A stretch of 32,000 nt of DNA, from NCBI RefSeq assembly GCF_000829315.1, contig NZ_AP013028.1, positions 990,001-1,022,000 on the forward strand, given 5' to 3'. The notes below the pieces were generated by a model that worked only from the letters and a program-made list of their open reading frames with translations, did not search any database and had not been told where the DNA came from. Shown here one piece after another: positions 1-7,934 of this stretch. Made by a program: the position numbers and the translations under genes. How positions within the stretch are numbered: position 1 is the stretch's first letter; every line of letters begins with the position of its first letter. This DNA is from Wolbachia endosymbiont of Cimex lectularius. GTDB lineage: Bacteria > Pseudomonadota > Alphaproteobacteria > Rickettsiales > Anaplasmataceae.

Positions 1-62
1 TTACACAAATTACCTGCTAATTGCAATGTTTGTACAGTTGTGCGCGTGACGCTGGAATCTAG
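1..62 (+). repeat. Type-A palindromic-module repeat copy, cut by the window edge
   Basis: 1-62 (ttacacaaattacctgctaattgcaatgtt.gtacagttgtgcg..gctggaat) is near-identical by eye to 7322-7383. Reverse-complemented, it also matches 6816-6873. Confidence 0.8.
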
Positions 63-87
63 GAATTTTATCAAGTAGGTGAACATA

Positions 88-248
88 CAATGGCGTCAAC
101 TTAAGAGCTTCCTTGTAAACTTCTTTGTTGAAATAAAATAGAAACAAAAGTGCTGCTTATTGCAGCTTTTGGATAATTTTATGGTAAAAATTTTAGAGAG
201 AAATTTTATACACGATCACTGACATTTTTCCTTAAGTTGACGCCATTG
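88..248. repeat. 161-bp MITE-like unit bounded by perfect 18-bp inverted repeats
   Basis: caatggcgtcaacttaag (88-105) is the exact reverse complement of cttaagttgacgccattg (231-248). An internal hairpin gctgc-ttatt-gcagc (152-166) is followed by tttt. Confidence 0.6.
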
Positions 249-315
249 AGAGATCTATTGCTATAATCTTCATTATTATATAGATTATACTAATAGATTA
301 AACTAAAGGAAGGTT

Positions 316-795
316 ATGAATAAAGAGATAATAATAAAGCATTTGAATAAATCACTCACTGGTGAGTTGACTTCTATACGTCAGTATTTTTTGCATTCTA
401 CAATTCTCAAAGATAGTGGGATCAATAAACTTGCAGAGAAAATGAAAGAAGAGCTTGACGAGGAACTTGAACATGCAAATAAGCTAGCAGAAAGAATTTT
501 ATTGCTTAAAGGTATACCAAACTTTCAAGACACAAATGAAATCTCAAAGTATGACGGGAAGTTCACAAAAGATACAATACGAAAAATCTTGGAAGATAAT
601 TTAAAATTAGAAGAAGAAGGTTTAAAAGACTATAGAGAAGCAATTTCTGTTGCTGAAAAAGAGAGAGATTTTGTTAGTGTAATCTTATTAGAGGAATTAT
701 TGAAAAATGAGGAAGAGCACTACCATTGGATCGAAGAGCAAATTGCTCTTATTGAACTTATAGGTGTTGAAAATTACCTAAAAACACAAATGTAA
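316..795 (+). CDS. bfr: Bacterioferritin
   Basis: 159-aa ORF of ferritin-like four-helix size. It has di-iron ligand-type motifs (EELEH, EEEH near the C-terminus) and a typical Bfr N-terminus (LNK.L..EL..I.QY..H). A purine-rich aaggaagg lies just upstream of the ATG. Confidence 0.85.
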   Translation: MNKEIIIKHLNKSLTGELTSIRQYFLHSTILKDSGINKLAEKMKEELDEELEHANKLAERILLLKGIPNFQDTNEISKYDGKFTKDTIRKILEDNLKLEEEGLKDYREAISVAEKERDFVSVILLEELLKNEEEHYHWIEEQIALIELIGVENYLKTQM

Positions 796-796
796 G

Positions 797-1411
797 GTGT
801 TAAAAAAAACAATATTTATCTTAATTATACCTTGCTTACTTCTTTTCTTGTTAGGGTTGTGGCAATTATTTAGATTAAACTGGAAGAACAATATCATCAA
901 AAATATGAGTCTTCCAGTTGTCTATCTGTTGCCCAATGATGATCTTGCAAAATTTAACTACAGACACGTCAAGATTGACGGGATTTTAAGTGACATAGAG
1001 CTATACGTTTTTGCAGGGCAACGCGGCTATCATGTGCTGTCTCCTATGCTACTCACTACTGGACATTATATGCTAGTGAATAAAGGAATAGTCAGAGAAA
1101 AAAAAGAGGAAAAAGCAAAAATTGAGAAAATAGCTGCGAGTGGAGTTTTATACTGCGATAGCAGTAAAAGCAAAAGTTGGTTAATCAAAAATGATACTGC
1201 TTTGAACACGTGGTTTACCCTAAGTACAGAAGAAATTTCCAATGAATTTGGTATTAAGCTAGAGCAGTGTATGTTATGGCAGAAAGGTTTCAGCAATAAG
1301 TTAACTATACAGCCGATGAAACACTTGGAATATGCGATAACTTGGTTTGCACTTTCCTTGATTTGGTGTGCAGTTTATTATAGACAAAATAAACGCCACT
1401 CAAGTGGCTGA
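797..1411 (+). CDS. SURF1-family cytochrome oxidase assembly protein
   Basis: GTG start 1 nt after the bfr stop. An N-terminal TM helix is followed by GLWQLFRLNWK (the SURF1 G.WQ..R..WK signature), and there is a second TM helix near the C-terminus (ITWFALSLIWCAVYY). Confidence 0.8.
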   Translation: MLKKTIFILIIPCLLLFLLGLWQLFRLNWKNNIIKNMSLPVVYLLPNDDLAKFNYRHVKIDGILSDIELYVFAGQRGYHVLSPMLLTTGHYMLVNKGIVREKKEEKAKIEKIAASGVLYCDSSKSKSWLIKNDTALNTWFTLSTEEISNEFGIKLEQCMLWQKGFSNKLTIQPMKHLEYAITWFALSLIWCAVYYRQNKRHSSG

Positions 1412-1459
1412 CATCAACGGTTACGAGTTGGGATAACAAGAGAAGAACTGAAGAAATAA

Positions 1460-3178
1460 TCATTTATCTATATCGCTACTAATATCCTTTATCATGCTAT
1501 AATTGCCTTTCCTAAATCTACTTTTTAAGGACTCAACTCCACTTTCGCTAATTCCACTTAGGCTCAGTGCTGCTCCACCAAGCTGCAACCCAATCTCAGA
1601 TGTCTCCGGAATAATTTTACTAGCCCCTAGATCTTTGTAAGCTTCTATATTACTCAGATCTGGTAGGCGTATTATAATATTTACATGTGGAAAATTTGTT
1701 GCAACTAAAGAAACAATCTTCTTTATAGTAACTTCGTTCTTTATTGAAATTACGAGGGCTTGGGCCCTTTCTATTCCTACTGATTTTAAAATTTCATATC
1801 TCGTGGCATCTCCAAGATATATAGGAAAGCTGTCACTTTTCCCTTCTTTGACTATCTTTGATTGAATATCTACAACAACGTAACTTAGATGCTCTGCGGT
1901 AAGCATTTTTGTTACCATATATCCTACCCTGCCGAATCCAGCAACTACTACATGGTTATAGAGATCTTGTGTGTCTGTCTCAATTGCCTCATCATCTAAT
2001 ATTACTTTTTCAGTGCTAAATGAATTTGCTATCCACTCTCCAAGTCCCGATAGAAGAGGAGTGAAAGCCATAGTTACCGTAGTTACCATCATAAGCACTT
2101 GAGCGATTTCACTTGGTAGTACATCTAACTCATCTGCTAAGCGAAACAGGATAAATGCAAATTCACCACCCTGTGCAAGCAATAATCCAGCTTGTATGGC
2201 AGGTGCACTCTTAAACCCAAAAAATCTACACAATACGTATATGATAGATGTTTTCAAAACGATAAGGATGATCGACAATAAAGTAATTAGCGGCAATTTA
2301 TTGAGTAAAAGGTCAATATCGATAGACATACCGACAGTCATGAAAAATAAGCCGAGAAACAAATCTTTAAATGGTAATACCGCGTGTTCCACCGAGTGCC
2401 TATGTTCTGTTTCTGCAACTAATAACCCAGCAACGAATGCGCCCAGTGCCATTGATAAATGAAATTGCTCGGTAATAAATGCTGCTCCTAATATTATTAA
2501 GAGTGTTGTTGATACAAAGACCTCGTTACTTTCCATTTTAGCAATAACCGAAAATAAGGGTCTGAGTAATAACCTACCAGTTATAAATATCAGAACTAAT
2601 GCAATAGCTGCTTGCACTAATGAACCTGCCAGTGAGCTTATCAGACTATTTGTAGAATTATCAGTAAGTAAGGGTACTAATACTATTAGCGGTACTACTG
2701 CAAAGTCTTGCATTAGTAGCACTGCTATCGACAACCTACCAACTTGACTTGCTTGGGAACCTTTTTCCTGCAGAACCTGTAACACTATTGCCGTTGAGGA
2801 CAATGCAAGCCCACCGCCGATAACTGCTGCCATGTTAGTGTTCACTCCAAAAGCAAGGGCAATGCACCATATCGCTACCATGGTAATTATTACTTGAAGA
2901 GAACCAAATCCAAATACATGGATACGCATGGCGATAAGGCGTTCAAAGGTCAACTCAAGACCTATAATGAATAATAGAAAAACTACGCCGAATTCTGCAA
3001 AATTATCCATTGCATCAGCTGAATGTATCAGATTAAATCCATGAGAACCAATCAACGCGCCTGCAACGAAGTAACCGAGCACTGGGCTGATATTCATTTT
3101 CCAAAACGCTATGACTATAAACACAGCAGCGGAAAGTAGAATTATAATATCAAACAAATACTGAGAGCTGCCGTGCAT
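1460..3178 (-). CDS. kefB: CPA2 monovalent cation:proton antiporter, KefB/KefC-like K+ efflux protein with a C-terminal RCK/TrkA-N domain
   Basis: 572 aa. About 12 hydrophobic helices are followed by a Rossmann motif VVVAGFGRVGYMV typical of TrkA-N/RCK. Confidence 0.8.
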   Translation of the reverse strand: MHGSSQYLFDIIILLSAAVFIVIAFWKMNISPVLGYFVAGALIGSHGFNLIHSADAMDNFAEFGVVFLLFIIGLELTFERLIAMRIHVFGFGSLQVIITMVAIWCIALAFGVNTNMAAVIGGGLALSSTAIVLQVLQEKGSQASQVGRLSIAVLLMQDFAVVPLIVLVPLLTDNSTNSLISSLAGSLVQAAIALVLIFITGRLLLRPLFSVIAKMESNEVFVSTTLLIILGAAFITEQFHLSMALGAFVAGLLVAETEHRHSVEHAVLPFKDLFLGLFFMTVGMSIDIDLLLNKLPLITLLSIILIVLKTSIIYVLCRFFGFKSAPAIQAGLLLAQGGEFAFILFRLADELDVLPSEIAQVLMMVTTVTMAFTPLLSGLGEWIANSFSTEKVILDDEAIETDTQDLYNHVVVAGFGRVGYMVTKMLTAEHLSYVVVDIQSKIVKEGKSDSFPIYLGDATRYEILKSVGIERAQALVISIKNEVTIKKIVSLVATNFPHVNIIIRLPDLSNIEAYKDLGASKIIPETSEIGLQLGGAALSLSGISESGVESLKSRFRKGNYSMIKDISSDIDK

Positions 3179-3183
3179 GATAT

Positions 3184-3756
3184 TTAACCTGTAGGATCAG
3201 ACCATTTAATTGAGCAACCAATGCTTGACTTTTGGTCAACCGGAGGATTACCAGTTTCTGCAACAAATTTCATAGCTTGGAATAAGTCACTACTTCCTAT
3301 TTTATAGTTTTGAGCCTTTTCTTTTTTTGCATCGTTAAAGCGTCCACGATAGCGGAGTTTTAAATTAGCATTAAAACCAAAAAAGTCAGGAGTACAAACA
3401 GCACCATACTTTTTAGCCACTTCTTGCGTACTGTCAATCAGATATGGAAATGTAAACTTATTTTCCTTGGCAAAATTAATCATATTTTCAAAGGAGTCTT
3501 CTGGATATTCATTTACATCATTTGGCATTATTGCAACAGTACTTACCTGATAATCTTTTTTTAACAAATCAACATCGCTCACCAGATTGCTAATAATTGA
3601 TCGAACGTAAGGGCAGTGATTGCATATAAACATTACAATAAGCCCATTTTTTCCACGACAGTCACTTAATGTATAGTGTTTGTTATCCACCCCCAAAAGA
3701 TTGAAATCCTTTGCAATAAAGTCAAAATCTACCTTAGGAGTATTCAGTGCAACCAT
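3184..3756 (-). CDS. Thioredoxin-fold thiol-disulfide oxidoreductase (AhpC/TSA-redoxin family)
   Basis: 190 aa with a CxxC active-site motif in the context MFICNHCPYV. Length and pattern are typical of redoxin-family proteins. Confidence 0.7.
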   Translation of the reverse strand: MVALNTPKVDFDFIAKDFNLLGVDNKHYTLSDCRGKNGLIVMFICNHCPYVRSIISNLVSDVDLLKKDYQVSTVAIMPNDVNEYPEDSFENMINFAKENKFTFPYLIDSTQEVAKKYGAVCTPDFFGFNANLKLRYRGRFNDAKKEKAQNYKIGSSDLFQAMKFVAETGNPPVDQKSSIGCSIKWSDPTG

Positions 3757-3870
3757 AGCTTACAGAGAATTGTGTATCACACACAACATATAATATTATT
3801 GTTTAAATGTCAAATGGTTCTTGTGTATACTGTTTGCATATTCTTTATTGACATTACGATTATAGAACTT

Positions 3871-4473
3871 ATGTTCATAACCTTCGAAGGAATAGACGGC
3901 TCCGGTAAAACAACGCAATCTGAGTTACTTGCGGATCATTTTAGGCAAATTCATGGCGAAAATCATGTGATATTGACCCGAGAACCAGGCGGTACTGACT
4001 TTGCAGAAAAGGTAAGAAGGGTATTACTTAAGGACAATATTGATCCCATCTCTGAACTTTTGCTGCTCACCTCAATGAGATATGAACATGTAAAAAAATT
4101 AATACTGCCAGCTCTAAAAGAAGGAAAGATAGTAATTTGCGATCGATTTATTGATTCAACTATTGCATACCAAGGGTATGGGCTTGGAGTTGACTTAGGG
4201 CTAATAGGGGACCTTCATAAGTTAGTAAAAATTGAACGTCCAGACATCACATTTATCCTAGATATTGATGTTCAAGTTGGGCTAAGCAGAGCAAAGGACA
4301 AAAACAAATACGAAGAGATGGACATTAATTTTTATAACAAAGTTCGAAAAGGATTCCAAGAAATAGCGCTAAAAGAGTCTGATAGATGCAATGTTATCAC
4401 TGAAATTGAAACTAAGGATGATAATCGAGTGCATAGTGAAATTATCAACAGAATTGCTAGCACTATACAATAG
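3871..4473 (+). CDS. tmk: Thymidylate kinase
   Basis: P-loop FEGIDGSGKTTQ lies immediately after the ATG at 3871. REPGGT and DRF..S..AYQG motifs are present. The track ORF start at 3676 would add 65 aa overlapping the divergent upstream gene, so the in-frame ATG at 3871 is preferred. Confidence 0.9.
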   Translation: MFITFEGIDGSGKTTQSELLADHFRQIHGENHVILTREPGGTDFAEKVRRVLLKDNIDPISELLLLTSMRYEHVKKLILPALKEGKIVICDRFIDSTIAYQGYGLGVDLGLIGDLHKLVKIERPDITFILDIDVQVGLSRAKDKNKYEEMDINFYNKVRKGFQEIALKESDRCNVITEIETKDDNRVHSEIINRIASTIQ

Positions 4474-5223
4474 AACTGGTTTTGCTAGCAAAATGAAAAT
4501 TAAGGCCAACTTCAATACCGCGTGTAGAAAGTGATCCATTGCAACTGAAGTTACTTTCACTAATTGGTGATGGAGTGACAACCTCAGAAATTGTCGCTGC
4601 GCCAAAATATCTATATCCTATTCTCATACTCACATATTTATGTATGTGGTAATCAATACCAGCTTTTAATTGATATGCGAGCCATATTGATGACTCGCTG
4701 AGCACTTTCATGTTTTTGTTGCACCAATCCCAGTCCCAACGTAAAGAGAAGAAGAAAAACGATCACTTCTCCAGTGATAATAAACGTTTGCTATTAAAGA
4801 TTCGCTTTTGATTTTCTTTACAGGTCCTATTTTCCATGAAGTTCTTCCGTTAAATTCAAAACCACAATTATTTGCTGTTATAACGGAATATATTCCTTCT
4901 AATTCAACTCTGTAGCTGTTTATTGAATAGCCAAATGCCATATTTGCAGCAAAAAGTGGACTATATTTTGATTGCAGTTTATTCGACTGATCTGATCTTT
5001 TTAGATTCTTCCTATTTACACTCTTATTATTATCATCCTGAAAGTTGAAATACATTGTGAAACTAGGCTTTTCAACTTGTTGTAGCTTTAATCTAGCTAT
5101 ACTACTAATACCATAATATCCACCACTAAGGTAAAATCCTTCTGTTTCATTTGCAAAAGACTGTTGTGACAACAACAAAACAAGGGCTATTATCACTAAC
5201 GTTTTTTTATTAATCATTACCAT
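4463..5223 (-). pseudogene. Surface-antigen (Wsp/Msp4/Omp25-like) beta-barrel OMP split by a frameshift
   Basis: The N-terminal ORF 4708-5223 has a signal peptide (..LLSQQSFANE) and ends ..YVGTGIGATKT*. ORF 4463-4711, in the adjacent frame, carries the C-terminal barrel strands (AYQLKAGIDY..MRIGYRYFG..GIEVGLNFHF). The frames meet at a 5-nt homopolymer (ttttt, 4713-4717). Adding one base there gives the continuous reading GATKNMKVLSESS. Confidence 0.75.
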
Positions 5224-5382
5224 TTTACTATTAAAGTTATGTCAATTCTCGCTGTTAACTAGACAAATAAGGGACTTGCAGGCTTGCCCAAAGCTGCGGC
5301 TGTAGACAATAAAGCAAATTGTTTTTTTATTTCTGAGAATTGCTTTAGTATAACACTAATTAGTTGAAAATTATTTAATGCA

Positions 5383-5875
5383 ACCCTCACTGGAAGGGTG
5401 TCATGAAAGTAGCACATTTCTTATCATCCAAGTAGCCCCTTCCTTGTCATCCCAGTGCTTCGACACTGGGATCCAGCCTTTCCATAACAATTAAATATTG
5501 TGTGTTTTTAATCAAGATTAGCTACTTTCTATGTTCACAAAATTAGTTTGCTTGCTTACAAGCAAACTTTTTTGGAATGACAGGTCTGTGGGTGCATCCA
5601 AGTAGCTCCTTCCTTGTCATCCCAGTGCTCCGACACTGGGATCCAGCCTTTCCATAATCATCAAAACGTCGTATTTTAACATAACTTTTATACTTACCAA
5701 CTTAATAAAATTCCTGGATGCCAGTGTCAGCTACTTGCATGACACCCTAGTGGTAGACTTCAAATCACAATGTTCGTACAGTTGTGCGTCAAGCGCTGGA
5801 ATGACAGGTCTGTGGGTGCATCCAAGTGCCCCCTCCTGTCATCCAAGTAGCTGACACTGGAACCTAGGATACTAC
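5383..5875. repeat. Nest of type-A palindromic modules (left arm)
   Basis: The hairpin module gtcatcccagtgc..cgacactgggatccagc occurs at 5446 and 5616. Related modules are gtcatccaagtagctgacactgg and accctcactggaagggt. 5446-5567 repeats directly at 6881-7003. 5613-5801 is inverted at 7127-7315. Confidence 0.85.
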
Positions 5876-5884
5876 TCTAGCAAT

Positions 5885-6245
5885 AAATATTAAGAATTTT
5901 ACCAAGTGAAAAAAAAGCAAAAGAATCCTTGAGTGGCGAGTTTTGACTCTATAATAATTTGCTGACGCTTAGTTCAAGCGCGATTTGGCTGAATGTAGAA
6001 AAAATGAAAAAGACATGCAGCCGCTATAATCTGATATAATCCGCCAAAAAATACCCTGAGTTTTTTACTGAATTTTGTCATTGAGCCTACAGATCAAAAA
6101 CAAGTTTTGAGTTAGAAATACCCTTATTATTATAATAAGGGGGTTGAAAGAATTTGTCAAGTAGTTTTTTTCGTTTCCACTGAATGACGTTATAACTTTT
6201 TTCCACTGTTGTCTATCCGCTTTCTGTGTAGTGGAATTGGTATTA
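5885..6245 (+). repeat. Type-B modular repeat, copy B1
   Basis: Shares ordered boxes with the other copies: taagaa.tttacc, aaaaaagcaaaagaa, ggcg, cgctt..aagcg hairpin, aaagacatgcag, cgcc, ttttgtcat, ataagg, ttgtcaagtagttttttt. Its tail 6154-6245 matches 25837-25927. Confidence 0.8.
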
Positions 6246-6309
6246 CATTAATTATGCAATAATATATATTGTTTATTAATAAATCTATACTATAATTTAA
6301 GGTAGTATT

Positions 6310-6744
6310 ATGACATATCACTTAACATTTACATTCCCAAAGGAACAATATTCCATAGACAAGGATAGTAATGAGTTCTCGGCAAAAGATAAAGAAGGCA
6401 ACAGATTTATCATTACCGCAGATAGCAACCAAAAAGGAAAATTTTCTTTTTGTAAAGATGACGGTAGTGAGTGTAAGTTTACATAACACTATGCAGTTAA
6501 AGATCCAAAAATATGTAACAAGCTTTCTGATATTGACAGTGCTGACTATATAAACGTTATTATGGAAGGCTATGGTGAAAAATATTTCCAAAGCAGAATA
6601 TTAGGTGGACTAAATAAGTGTAATATTGATTACGCAGTAGTGGATGATGGTAAAACGCAGGACGTGCTGCACAGTCCCTCAATGGATGACTATGCAACAC
6701 AGGAAGATGCCAATATACCTCCTTTAGAGGATCTTATAATTTAA
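6310..6744 (+). pseudogene. Small hypothetical protein gene (144 codons) interrupted by one in-frame TAA
   Basis: ATG at 6310 opens 58 codons (MTYHLTFTFPKEQYSIDKD..SECKFT) ending at TAA 6484-6486. The same frame then stays open through the track ORF 6562-6744 (6562-6310=252, a multiple of 3). aaggtag lies upstream of the ATG. Confidence 0.5.
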
Positions 6745-6770
6745 TCTTCACCTGTATACGCAAGAGCTTT

Positions 6771-7385
6771 CCTGGTTCCAGTTTCAGCTACTTGGATGAC
6801 ACCCATAACTTTGTCATTCCAGCGCGTGACGCACAACTGTACGAACATTGCAATTAGCAGGTAATTTGCGTAACAGACGGTGTCATCCCAGTGCCCAGAC
6901 ACTGGAATCCAGTCTTTCCATAATAATTAAATGTTGTGTTTTTAATTAAGATTAGCTACTTTCTATGTTCACAAAATTAGTTTGCTTGCTTATACCAACA
7001 TTCGTTATTGGGAAGACAAATGGGACACGTTATAAATTTGCTTAATTCCCCAATTATAGGCAAAAAGAGCTCTTTTTCATTTGTTCCGTTACCAATGAGA
7101 CTTGGTATTACAAGCAAACTTTCCTAGATTCCAGCGTCACGCGCACAACTGTACGAACATTGTGATTTGAGCCTACCACTAGGGTGTCATGCAAGTAGCT
7201 GACACTGGCATCCAGGAATTTTATTAAGTTGGTGAGTATAAAAGTTATGTTAAAATACGACGTTTTGATGATTATGGAAAGGCTGGATCCCAGTGTCGGA
7301 GCACTGGGATGACACCGTCTGTTACACAAATTACCTGCTAATTGCAATGTTCGTACAGTTGTGCGTCACGCGCTGGAATGACACC
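6771..7385. repeat. Nest of type-A palindromic modules (right arm)
   Basis: 6771-6803 is the inverted copy of 5838-5869. 6816-6873 is the inverted copy of 7322-7383 and 1-62. 6881-7003 is a direct copy of 5446-5567. 7127-7315 is the inverted copy of 5613-5801. Confidence 0.85.
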
Positions 7386-7410
7386 CTTCACAGGCTTTTG
7401 AATTGTTTTA

Positions 7411-7906
7411 GCTATCAATATTTAAGAAATTTACTAAACAGAAAAAAGCAAAAAAAACCCCAGCCATTGTCTATTTTAATAACTTGGCGTTAATGCTCTA
7501 TACGCTTGACAAGTAGCTGACCTTGGGGTTGTAAATACCCATAACTTATGATAAGGGAAACGTCAAAACTTGTCAAGCAATTTTTTTGTGAAAAAAATGA
7601 AGTTAATTAAATTTTTAACTAGTTTAAAAAAAAGACAAAAGAAACCCCGCAATGTGAGTTGTTTACTGTTCTCTCAAAAACTTGGCGTCCGGTTCTCTCT
7701 TACACCGCTTAGTAAGCGAGGCTCAGCTAATGTAGACAAAAAATTATAAAGACATGCAGTGTCCATGCTGCAAAAATTAAACATAACACGCCTTGTTTTA
7801 TACTGTGCTTTTGTCACTTAATACAAAGATTAAAGATAAATTTTAGGCCTAAAACACCCACAACCCTATTATAAGGGGACCAGCGAAGGTTGTTAAGTAA
7901 TTTTTG
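7411..7906 (+). repeat. Type-B modular repeat, copy B2 (two units in tandem)
   Basis: Unit a (about 7411-7600) and unit b (about 7620-7906) each run from the aaaaagcaaaa/gacaaaagaaacccc box to the ttgtcaag/ttgttaag + T-run box. Unit b also carries aaagacatgcag and aaaaattaaaca..acgcc. Confidence 0.75.
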
Positions 7907-7934
7907 TACCTAATTTAAAACTAGAGAGCTCAGG

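Noticed and set aside
3676-3870. N-terminal 65-aa extension of the tmk ORF given in the ORF track
   Set aside because: The extension overlaps the divergent thioredoxin-fold gene and the intergenic promoter region. The kinase P-loop starts right after the in-frame ATG at 3871, so the short form is the credible gene.
4369-4605. 78-aa ORF on the minus strand overlapping the tmk 3-prime end and the OMP C-terminal fragment
   Set aside because: It is an alternative frame of the OMP C-terminal region. The 4463-4711 frame carries the recognisable beta-barrel terminal strands, and this one does not.
6322-7493. Track ORFs 6322-6591(-), 6371-6553(+), 7108-7347(-) and 7293-7493(+), plus 24870-25076(-) and 25718-25927(+)
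   Set aside because: They are read through type-A/type-B repeat sequence or antisense to the 6310-6744 frame. Their translations are repeat-derived and lack any protein-like features.
5383-7906. Possibility that the clustered repeats form a CRISPR array
   Set aside because: Repeat copies differ in length and orientation, are not regularly spaced, have no uniform spacers, and no cas genes are nearby.
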